Source: Anthoceros angustus | Lineage: Eukaryota; Plantae; Anthocerotophyta | Direction of reading: 5' to 3' | DNA: 64,000 nucleotides | Assembly (NCBI GenBank): GCA_010909165.1 | Contig: VJWM01000107.1 | Coordinates: 806,001 to 870,000, forward strand | Shown: in pieces, positions 22,940 through 33,815 of the stretch | How the letters are laid out: each line of letters starts with the position of its first letter | Position numbering within the stretch: the stretch's first letter is position 1 | Position numbers and translations under genes: made by a program | The notes under the pieces: generated by a model | What the model saw: the letters and a program-made list of their open reading frames with translations, nothing else | Database searches by the model: none | Told to the model about the DNA's origin: nothing

Positions 22940-23645
22940 CTGCCTTGCCTGACGAGTGCACGCGCTTGCCAAGGCGAGTTTGATATCTGACAGGAAACAG
23001 GGCCAAACTAATCCTTCGTGGCTGTTTCGGACTACCACTGGTGCTGCTGAAAACCGCTACCAGTATTCAGTGGAAGTTTTCAAGAGACTTGCACAAGATG
23101 ACCGGTATGGTTCCCATATATGCAGGAAACTTGTCCGATTCCTTTGGCCGGTCGTGCGGATGTCTTGGTCTCCAGAGCTCTTTCTCTTCACTGGTTGTAA
23201 TGTGAATGTCCTTTTCCTGAGAATTGCTATGGTGTTCCGATTGCAGGAAAGTCCTGGTTATGGCCTGTAAACCTCTGTGAATTGTCAAGGAGTCTGCAGT
23301 ATCTTGTGCCCATATAGGTGGTGCGCGACCAGGGATGGCGGAATGAATTGGTCTTGAATTTTTGGCGCTGCGTGGGTACGAGTAGTTCACGTGCTTGTTA
23401 TGACTAGAATTAGCTTGATAAGTACTTTTCTAGGGCCTCGATGTTTTCTCTGGCATTCTAGTTCATCAGTCATCGGGCATATAGGTGGCATCAGCTATCG
23501 TGCAGCGTTCTTCTTCTTCCTTAAGACAGTGGCGTTGGGAGAAAACGATCCTCTTTGGTCTCTCCAGGTGAGGTGGATGATCTGAGCTTCAAGGATCTGG
23601 AGAAAGGAGAAAAGGTGCACTGGAGGCTGAAAGCAGAGCAGGCTT
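22940..23645 (+). pseudogene. Inverted, truncated duplicate of the 5' region and first exon of the TM-protein gene
   Basis: 23500-23643 is a degraded reverse complement of 21020-21190 (GAGCTTCAAGGATCTGGAGAAAGGAGAAAAG...GGCTGAAAGCAGAGCAGGC). 22945-23020 mirrors 21945-22022, 23030-23115 mirrors 21655-21740 and 23190-23260 mirrors 21436-21500. The start ATG is lost and the TM helix is absent. Confidence 0.85.
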
Positions 23646-24559
23646 CCGACTCTCTGTAAAGCCCACCAAGCTGCCGCTGTACTCGGTCTTCCCTTCATGT
23701 ATGGAGTTCGCTTCTTGTCTTTGTCTTGAGTGCTGCGTGGAGAAGCGTGGACTGTGTGGATGGAATGGGAGTGGGTTCTGGATTCATAGATCTCTCGGTG
23801 ATGATATGTCCATGTATCATTCAAACAGTCAGAAATGGGTGTAACAGCTCTTTGATGACAACCATCTGCCACCTTCTGAGCACTGAGGTTTGGCTAGCTT
23901 GGAAGATAAGGGCTTGCCGTCCCCGGGAGTCGTGGGAGCAGATTTGAGTCTGTTAGCTGGTCGTCATGTACAAGATCAGAGACCTCCACGGCTAAGGTCT
24001 GTGGTGCTCGTTTGTCCGCTAGTATAGGTGGTGCTGGCGAGACTGGAATTCGGAGAGAAAATTAGGTTGTTTGAGTCTGAGGGCCGAGTCATCATGTTGC
24101 CTGCACTCGTTTCGTGCGTTTGCTGTTTACGTGCACCCGCAGGATCTCTGCAGCTTACCTGTCGTCTGATACGGCCTTGCGTCGTTTGTCCGTGTCGACA
24201 ACCAGTCCCCGCCGAGCTGAACGGGCAGAATGCGGACTTGCAGCTGGCGGGGATGCCCGTCCCCTCCAAGACTCCAAGACTCCATGACCATTGTCATATG
24301 AAATCGCCAGAGTTGTGATGGATCATTCCTTAGTAATTCGTGGCCTCGACTGAGCTGAAAGCTCAACTGTGAGTGACCACGTTCCTCAAAACCTTGTACG
24401 CAGATTATGAATTACCATGAACCGGATGCTGAAACAACCAACCAACTGTGTCTGAGTCTCCGAGGAGCTCTCGCTCACCTAACCTCAAGGCAACCCCTGT
24501 CAAATAACCAAGCCTCCAGGTGCAGCAGTGTAAGAAGCCCGGCACTCCCACCTCCGCAA

Positions 24560-25330
24560 AGATGTGTGGGACGGGACGGATTTTCTCGGGATGGTCGTCA
24601 ACAGGAGCGGTAGCACTAAATGGTAATATCTGCGATCGTTATCGTTGGGCCTGCGTGCAAGGGCTCGGACATGCGGCACTTCTTCTGTATGGACAATTAT
24701 CAGAGAAGGTGGCCTCAATTCGGCTGCTGGTGTTACTTCTGCTTGACTTCTGAAGGCCTTACAGAAGGGCAGGCAGCTGGACTCATGGTTGTCGAAAGAG
24801 GCCTGCCGGATAGCGTAAAAGTGAACAGGCAGCAAGAGGGACTCATTATTGGAGGAGGACCGCTGGATAACGGAAAGGTGGCAACCGCCTAGTCAACTTA
24901 CATGGAAACCGTGGTGAACTGAAAGATGCGCGCCAGGTTTTTGACAGCATAACGTTCAAGGACATGGAGTACCTAGATTTCAAGAGGGATGATCAACACA
25001 GCATGTAAACCTCAAAGCCGAACTGACGCAAGAAGGATGGTGAAGTCGGGGAATCTGAGAGTAAGATAGTCATGCAAGGGCTTGAGGCTAGATCAGAATG
25101 CTACACAAGCCTGGCGGCCATCAGCTGGATAGGGACCTGTGGCAGGATGGGTCCATGGAAGGGGTGTGGGGTGTGAAGCCGGGATTGGTTTAATATGGGA
25201 TATTCTAAGACTCTTAAGAAAAACATACAGCTACCGACGCCGTACAGTTTCCATAGCATGGGACGCATGCCATGCTGCGGAACTTCCTCAGCATCATAAG
25301 GCATCATCCATCTCAGTTTCAGCTGGAGAA
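24560..25330 (+). pseudogene. Degenerate PLS-class pentatricopeptide repeat (PPR) remnant
   Basis: Fragments GNRLVNLHGNRGELKDARQVFDSITFKDM (~24880-24965), ACVQGLGHAALLLYGQL and WDACHAA resemble PLS PPR motifs; multiple frameshifts. Confidence 0.6.
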
Positions 25331-26410
25331 AGGCATGACGTTTATCGTCCACGGAAATCTCGAACTGCAGCATACAAGATAAGTCCCGGACACGGAAACA
25401 CCAAACCAAAGCACGACAAGAGAAGTTGACGACACGGAGACACCACATCATAGGAGGATAGGATGTACCCAGAAACCTAAGGCCCACACGTCATCAAAAG
25501 ATATCGGTGCGGGTGAGTGGGCTGGTTAGACATATGGCAAGGGAAAAAATTGCCAGCAACACACTGAGAGGCTGTGGCAGAGTGACCTTGCAAACAGACG
25601 CTAAACAAACAGCTTCCCTGCTCAGACATATGCATCACCGTTCATCGAGCCTGTTTTCATGGGCCCTCAAACAAGAGGTGTCAGAAGTAGCATATTCATC
25701 ACTGCGGACGACCCTAATCTTGAACATAACTCCCAGCTAACAGAACAAGTCTGCTCACACTCCTCCCGCACACGGCAGACCGCTGGACCTACAAGCTAAG
25801 CCAACCTCAGTGCTCAGAAGGTGGAAGATAGTTGTCATCAAAGGCTGTTACAACCAGTTCTGACTGTTGAGCTTGATAAATCGAAAGATCATCACCGCAC
25901 CTTGGAAGCTTCAGCAAGGTCTTCAAGACCCGCCGCCATTTCACACACTCAGAGCGCAATCACGACAAACACACGCAGGCAGCAAACTACGTGAAGAAAA
26001 GACCACGAAAACAGTCAGCGTGGCGGGCTTTATTGAAAGTCGGAAGCGGAAGCCCTAACCCTAACCTAACCCTAAAATAGAACGGACTATGCGCGTCGGA
26101 AAGCGGAGACCTAATGCTAACGCTACATACATGATAACCATACAACTTCAGAGGTACATGTGAGCGGTATAAATTAAAAGTAAGTAGGACATAATACATA
26201 GTTCCAAGGGTAACAATATGATACAAAGCGGCAGTTGAAGGCCTACTACCTAATCGCAAAAAATTGTTAATGTTTTTACCGTCATTGGCCATTGGCGACA
26301 ATGTATGAAGAGAGGAGGGCTAGAGAAGCGGAAAACGAATGCAACATTCAGCGAAGCAGGACGTGGCCTGCAGGAAGCACCGCCACAGTAGTTGCCGACT
26401 CCCTTACGCA

Positions 26411-26944
26411 TCACGCGAAGGGCGGGAAGGAGATGAGATCCCGCCCAAGCTCGGGCGAGATCGAGCAGGCATCAACGAGATTGAGCGCGCACCGAGCCAT
26501 CATCTTCTTGTAGGCCCGGAGGATGTCCCGGATTTCGTCCACGGTGAGAGCCTCCGCGCGGTAGCCTTGCAAGGAGGAGGTCATTTCCGACACCAGCGCG
26601 GCCGCCCGCTCATTCACGTCGTCGATGAGGTGCTTGAAGTGCTCCACCTGCTGGGCGCTCCAGGCGTTGGGCCATGTCACAACCACGGCGTCCTCGAGGC
26701 GCTCCAATTCCTCGGAAATGTCGTGAAGCCGCGCGCCGGCAGGGCCCGAGGCCGAGGCCGAGGCCGGGAGATGGCAGTGCTTCAGCTGCTCCGAGTAGTG
26801 GGTGAGCAGCAGTTTGGAGTGCTGCCTGAAGGAGGGCGCCGCCTGCACCGCCTCCAGCGCCTCGCTGCACATCGATTGCACCCGCTCGTAATGCTCCTCC
26901 AGTTCCGCGATCGCGTGCTTCCTCTTGGCTAGCCGAGTATCCAT
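26411..26944 (-). CDS. Hypothetical intronless alpha-helical protein, 177 aa
   Basis: ATG-to-TGA ORF with strong GC3 bias against less GC-rich flanks and an amphipathic helical, protein-like composition; no family recognised. Confidence 0.6.
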   Translation of the reverse strand: MDTRLAKRKHAIAELEEHYERVQSMCSEALEAVQAAPSFRQHSKLLLTHYSEQLKHCHLPASASASGPAGARLHDISEELERLEDAVVVTWPNAWSAQQVEHFKHLIDDVNERAAALVSEMTSSLQGYRAEALTVDEIRDILRAYKKMMARCALNLVDACSISPELGRDLISFPPFA

Positions 26945-27394
26945 ATCTGCCCGCCTTGGCTTTATCTCCTCTGCTTTATGCTCTAACCACTATGGCGTCC
27001 GAACCCAGCCCCCACCCTTGATCCAAGGCTTGATACGTACACCAGCACAGATCTTCCGCCTTCAAACCACATACATACGCGGAACCTGAGGGTGCAGCGT
27101 ATAGCCAGACAGCCCCAACACCGTTCAGAATGCCCTCCACGGCGCCGTTCCAGTTCCGTTCCGCGTGTTCCCGCCTGTTTGTTTCCGTTTTATTTCAGTA
27201 TTGTTCAGGCATGTATACCATGCGCCTGCCTCGGTACATAGACATGGAATCATCGAGATGCCGGTGTAGGAAGTCAACAAGCCGGTTTACTGCGGGGTAC
27301 AGGCGAGGCTGGGCTGGCCTGGTTGGGAGGCTCGTCTGCCAACGAAAGTGCTATCCAGAGCGCTACTATCGTACAGGTTGAGATGCCAGGATGT

Positions 27395-30300
27395 TCACAG
27401 GCACTGATGCGAGGGCTTCGGGGGCCTGGAGGTGAGTGTGGACCATTCCATCACAGCTTCCTCCATCAGCTCTTTGAAGATCATGCGCTCCACCTCCACT
27501 CCAAGCTCGCCCACCTCGGTGCTGTAGTCCAGCCACTTCTCGCTCTTGTGGGCCAGGTCCTTTTGCAGCATAGTGTAGAGGGTGTCGCAGACGTCTTCCG
27601 AGGGAGGACAGGGCAGCTGCTGAAGCTCGTTCCACACCTCTTGGACCAGGCGTTGCCCTGTTGGTGGCTTCCTGAGGAGGGCAGGTGAGGGGGTTGTCAC
27701 CCATGGTTGAGGGTGGAGGTATGGCTGCAGCTTCTTGGCGACAATGTCGTTGACGCTGTCGAAGAGGAGGCGTCTGTCCATTACCTCCTGTTCGCTTTTC
27801 CTCAGCATTTCGATCCTGAAAGCCTCATCAAAGTGACCCTTGGCATCTCGTTTCTCCCCGCGCAGCCTCCTTTTTTCTTCCCATCTGTCGAAGAGTTCTG
27901 GGTCCATGGCGAAGGATGGGGAATGCCAGGAAAGGATTAGCTCTTTCTCGTCTGTCAAGCCCGAAGAGATGAGCACGTCCCTCACATACGCCATCTCCAC
28001 CGCTTTGCTCCCCTCCAGTTGCTTGTCCTCCGCACTGGGGATGTCCAACATCAAGTACGGCACAGGGCTAAGCACCTTGCTCTCAGGGGCAGCTGGAGAT
28101 GAAGTGAACTCTGTTTTTGTCATGCTGGGTCGAGCATGATCGGGGACAGCTGCCACCACTCGCTCTTGAGGCAGAACGTCTGCAGGGTTCTGCTCATCCC
28201 ATGATAATTCATTAGCTAATGCTTCCAGCCTAAGAGTCAACTGGGCATCTGCAAGAGGAAGCAAAACCACAGGTCAGACGACTGGACACAGATCAAAGAT
28301 GCAAGACGCAATAGACCCACTAATTCAACAATTGATATTTCTTGCCACACTCACCTTTCAAACTCACTATGCTTTTGTTAACAGCTCTTGGCGAGTGTTC
28401 CTCATCGTGAAAAGGTGTGTCAAGAATAGACACAGGGCTCGGCTGCTCGGCACCCTCAGCGATGGCTTCGCCCAAGTACTTCACATCACCTTGATTTAGA
28501 AGCACGCTAGTAATAGCAGAATACGCTCCTCCTGTAAGGCTGTTCACACTTTGACTGTATTCTTGTTCATACTTGTCCACAGAAATCTGATCATGCACAA
28601 ACGCTGACACCATCAGAGTAGCCCAAATGCCGAGGCAGGTCACAATTGTACAGGGCCTTCACCCACAAAAGATCACAAAGACTTCCGACAGAAACCTCAC
28701 CTCAGGATATGGGAGAGTGCTAGCCAGGTCCTCTAAAGACCTGAGATCGCAGCAGTGGTCTTTCGCCTCTTCTGCATTCGACCGAATGCTTGAGGCCCTG
28801 GCCACCTCTTTTAGATTCTCGGTCTTCGCGGGGGATGTCCCAACCGAGTGCTGTTGAACCATACCTTTCCTTGTGGTCGGCGATGATTTGGTCCCTACAA
28901 GCAGCTGCTCATCAGATTTGGTATGAAGGCTGCCAGTTTCGACAACCAGTTGCTGCCTACTGGAGGGGGAAGCACTATGGTCTGCAACCCTGGAGAACGA
29001 AAGGTCTCTGCTCCCAATGCTTGCTCTTCTACTCGCAGCTGCTTCACTGTCCGACAAGGAACCGCTTTGCCTTGCCCTTTCACTAGTCTTTCCAGAGACT
29101 CTTAGGCGAGGGCTGTCAGGAGAAGGAACATACGAGCTCCTCCCGCCACCCTCCACAACAGGCCCGGATGACTGGGTTCCGACATCAGAGGAGCACCGTC
29201 GAAGAACTTTCCTGGGGTCTACGTCAACACTCCTCCTACTAGCTGCCTCAGGGTCCCTCATGGACTGCGACCTCTGACTCTGTGTGGTGGAAGACCTCAA
29301 CTTCCTACCATTCTCAACAGCCTTGATACTGCTACTGGTAGTGCTCTTGGACGCAGCACTCTGTTGCCTCACATTGGCTGCATCCTTAATTGGTGCAGCT
29401 CGACCTTTCGAAGCGGGAGCACCGGCTGGAGGCTTTCCGCCTTTCAGAGCCTGCCGAGGCTCAACTGCAGCAGGCGGCTGCTGCACCGCCTTGGGTGCTC
29501 CAGTTCCATTCAGGCGCTCCCGACGCTTCCTGAACGTCATGGTTTCCTCGGCATTGAACTTGCTGATGGGTTCCCTGGGAGTTGCAATGGGTGCTAGCCC
29601 CTGGTGGCTTCTCACAGCTTTCAAACTTCCGCTTGGCGTCGATGCCTTCACAGAGTTCGACGTACGAACTCCCCTGGAGCTCACTGAGGCATTCTGCCCA
29701 CCCTTAGCTTTACTCACACCCTGTTGCTTTGAAACTGGTTTCATAACAACTATAGAGGCCTCGGTGGATAAGAGGCCACTGTTTCCAGATTTGCCATACT
29801 GGGGGATCGCCTTTCCTGCATCAATTGAAAGTTCGATCATGTTGTCCTGGGAATCCCTCATCTGCTGGTATGCCCGCATATCTTGGATTGCTTTCATATC
29901 CTGTATAGACTTCATTCTCGGGGACTGGTCACCGTTATAAGGTGATTCATGTTTGGAGTAGTACCCCGAGTAGTAGTTATGAGATGGAGCTTTGGTCTGC
30001 ATCGGTTCAGCCTGTCTGTCGGACTCCATTCGCGGTGGATGTAATAACCCCTTCAGCTGCATGGCCTCCAGAATCTGCCTGAGTGTCTTCCTTTCTTGCT
30101 GAGAATTCTTCACCCTCAACTGCTGAAGCCTCTGCTCCAATTCACCAAGTAGGGTGTTGCTTGATTGCTGCTGCTTCTTCACCTCTTCGGAGTGTTTCAA
30201 CACGGTAAGAATAGCCTCGGGAAACTGCTTTTGCAATTGCGCATACTTGAATTGGGAAATTTCTCTCACGTCATGTTGCTTGGGTGCCGGTGGCATTGCT

Positions 30301-32425
30301 TCCGTGAAATTCCTGGAAGCTGACGGATGGAACTTGCCGGAAAAATTTGAACCTGAGTCATGTGACCTCCAACCAGCAACTCCCGTCTCCTGCCCGCGCT
30401 TGTAAGCCATAAAGCTATCTGGTACAGCATCATTCACCTTGGACGAAGGCTGAACGAAATCCTGCTTCGCACCCAGGGTTTGCTTCACCGGATGCTCCGA
30501 ATCAGATAACTTCCGTGAACCAAAACTCTTATTAGCAGAAGATAAGAAGAAATCCTCCTGCACCTTCGACGACCTCTGAGAAAATGGCTTGGGCTCGATA
30601 ACTTGCTTGGTCTGCGACTGCTCTAGAGGCTTGTACTGCAAAAGCTCTTGCAACAACTTCGCTTCAGTAGACGGCTTTTTCACAGAAGTAGCAATAGGCG
30701 GAGGCCTCTGCTGAGGCAGAGGAGCAGGGTCGGGAAGTTCCTCCAGACCCATCAGACGAGCTACAACATTAGGAACCCTCTTCTTCACATCCGTATTCCC
30801 TTGATAGCCGGACTCCGACGACCCTGGTGGTTTCAACGCCTTCTTCCCCTCTGCGGAGCCCCTCTGAGCATCACTAAAACTGCCTAACTGAACGTCTCTC
30901 GTATTGAAAGAGTCAGATGAAGTCCTGGAGGACCTGGAATCAACCGAAGACCTGCCAAAATCTCTCGATTGCAGGAAGCCAGAAGAGGTCTCCCGCAGCT
31001 GAAGACTGGCCAGAAGCAAGTCCCTCTGGTCCAGAGAATGCCTTGGAGCATCCCTTCCATCAGCAGACAGACGAGGGGGCTCCCGACCCCGCTGCGAAGT
31101 TCTAGAATCGAGCGAATACCGAGGAGCCTCCCGACCGTCAAGCGAGAACCTGGGTCCTTCCTTGGCCACAGACAACCTTGGTGGCTCCTTCAGATCAAGA
31201 GAAGCTCTGGGCGCATCCCTGCCATCAACAGACAGCCTGCCAGCATCCCGACTATACTTCCCACTCAGGGCCTTGAGCGACTCCTTGAAGTCCATTGCAG
31301 ACCGAGCACCCTCCTTCCCATCCAACGAGACTCGAGCTGGGTCCTTGAAACTCTTCACATTGGACGGCCTGGGAGACTCCTTCCGCTCCCCAGCAGCCCT
31401 GACCGGTTCCCGGCCATCGAAGGACATCTTCGGCGTATCTTGCCTGGAAACACTACTGGCCCGGGCAGACTCCCGCACATCCACAGACACCCTGGCGGCT
31501 TCAGGGCCGTCGACAGACGTTCTAGCCGAATCCCTGTTAAACGACGCCCGCACAACCTCCCGGATGTCCATAGAGGGCCGCCCATGCTCGCGCGAGTCGT
31601 AAGACGCCCTCGGCTGGTCCTTCAAACTAGGCCCCGGTTTCATCAGTCCGTCCTTCGCCGTGAGCCCGGCAAACGAATTCCGCGGCGGGTCCCTCGCCGT
31701 CTCCGTGGACGAGCGAGGCGTCTCCTTAATGTAGAAAGACAGCCTGGGAGCATCTTTTGAGTCGAGAGACCCCCTCCCTGGCTCCGGCTTCATTTCAGCG
31801 GACACCCCCGCAACGTCCTTCGAAAACGAAGGCTCCCCGTTCTCATAAGACGAGGACCTGGCCTCCGCAGCATCAGACGCCTTCTGAGACCCCGACGAAT
31901 CAAGGGAGAGCCGCTCGTCCGTAAACTACACCACAAATGAACAACAAAGCATCAATCACAGAAACTGAAATGAACAACTCCAAAGCATCAACCACTGGCA
32001 CTCCTGCTGCTGCTGTGCTTCAAGGTGAAGCGATCGGCAACGCAGCTCCCGGCTCAGCACTTACCGACGTGAAGGCAGTCGGTCCACTTCCCTCAAATCG
32101 AGGACTTCCGCAGCTTGAAGTCGGCAGCGAGCGAGCTGTTCACGAAGAGAAGGAGAAGCGCAGCGTTCAACAGCAGAACAAACTCTTACAAACCTGTACT
32201 TACGCACACGTTCCACAAGGGAGGAAACTTACAAATCTGTACTATCACCAAGACACAAGCCACCAACAATAGCAGCTTACCTCCAGACACGAGCCGCCTG
32301 TGACCATATCGTCTTCCTGTTATGGCTTGATGCCTGTCGAAGATTTGCAGTATCCCAGTCATACAGCCAATTTCCTTCTCCAACTGCGGGTCCTCTGACA
32401 AAGCCTTGAGAATCTTGGCAGACAT
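27395..32425 (-). CDS. TON1-recruiting motif (TRM)/LONGIFOLIA-like protein
   Basis: Exons 32425-32281 (MSAKIL...LEKEIGCMTGILQIFDRH), 32135-32065, 31925-28701, ~28587-28355 (boundary less certain) and 28248-27395. Contains NVVARLMGLEELP, LRQILEAMQLKGLL, IVVMKP, EQPSPVSILD and the C-terminal DUF4378-type block (YVRDVLISSGL...RRLLFDSVND...EVERMIFKELMEE). Confidence 0.92.
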
Positions 32426-33742
32426 TTTAATACTCCTGACGGCCGGCAGCCACCTCTCCGCCACTCCACCTCCAGCTCCTCCACTTCCCGCTCCCCTACT
32501 CAAAAACAAAAGCTGCCTCTCCCTCCGCCACACCTTGAGCTCGACAGATCACGCGCCAGTCACAAATGCAAGCGCGGAAACGCAGACAAGCTGCGCATCC
32601 GACTCCAGACAACTCCCCTAGCCCGGGGAGCTGCAGCTGCTGCATCAAACCCCGGCAAATCTCTCCTCCTTTCCACTCAACCTCCACAGACCTACTCCTT
32701 CCAGCGCGCTGCAGCCTGCGCTTCCGCCCCAGGGCAAAGGCCAGCCGATGCTCAAGAACTAGGCAGAAAGCAGAACGGGACAGTGCCAGTCTGTGTTCCG
32801 AAGAAGCGAAGACTGAAATAATATTTTTCAAGCCAGCTCGAGCTGCGCATCATACGCTTCCTCCTACTGATCTGCACACCGAGGCCTGCTTCCTCTCCCA
32901 CAATGCAGCGCTACAGGAAAGGCATGCCCTCCTCTTCCTCTTCCTCTTCCTCTCCCTCTCTTCCTCTTCAGCCTTGCTCCGGAGATCTGGAAGTATGACA
33001 CAGAAATTGCGCTCCTGCTCCTCCCGGGAGAGCAGCGGGACGCAATGCGGGCGAGGGCGAGGGCGATCCAGGGATCTGCTGTGGTCCCAGCCGCACAGGC
33101 CGGGGGCCCGCTGGGGGGCAGCGGCAAGCTGGTGGAGCGGCGGCCGCGCGCAGCTGCGAATGCGGGGGAAGGGTTGCTGCGGGATCCGAGCGCGACGGAG
33201 GAGGAGTCATCGACAGGTGAAGATGCGGGCGGGGCGGCTGGGTCCGGGAGCGTGATGGGCTGGGCTGGCGCCTGTGCGGCAGCAGGCACTGCACTGAAGT
33301 GTCTCCCCCTCCTCACGCTCAGCGCCAGCCGGGCCGTGCATCATATCTCTCTCCATGTCCCGGGACCCTCACCATGTGCCTCCACTAACCCCGGTCAGGC
33401 CCCCGGTTAGGTCACACGGGCCTACCATTATTGGGCAGGCCACCGGCCCACCGGGGGCAGCGCCCACCGGCTACCGGCTGCGGCCGACACAGACGGCCCG
33501 AGGGCTCGCCCCCACAGGCCCGGTTCCCGAAGCGGCTTCCGCCTCAACCGCATGACCTACTGCCCGGGTTTGGCGTTCCGGACGTCGTTAGCCCCATAAA
33601 TGGGCCCCCAAAGCTGCATCCCATTTTGAAATTCGAAATTCGGGGCCCCAAAATAAGTAACAAAAAAAGTACCTGTCTGCGCAGGCTTTGCTCAAGTGCA
33701 AAATTGGTAGACATGTCTGTAGCTGTCGAATCACCATTCCTA

Positions 33743-33815
33743 CGCCGCCCGGGGGGCTCGAACCCCCGACCACAAGGTTAAGAGCCTTGCGCTCTACCGA
33801 CTGAGCTAGGGCGGC
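33743..33815 (-). tRNA. tRNA-Lys (anticodon CTT)
   Basis: GCCGCCCTAGCTCAGTCGGTAGAGCGCAAGGCTCTTAACCTTGTGGTCGGGGGTTCGAGCCCCCCGGGCGGCG folds as a 73-nt cloverleaf with A and B boxes; upstream CAA and AT-rich tract, downstream T runs. Confidence 0.96.

Noticed and set aside
26054-26077. CCCTAA-type repeats as a telomere relic
   Set aside because: Short and imperfect; compatible with an ordinary telo-box or microsatellite.
28790-31760. Plus-strand ORFs within the TRM gene
   Set aside because: Antisense shadows of a long GC-rich coding exon.
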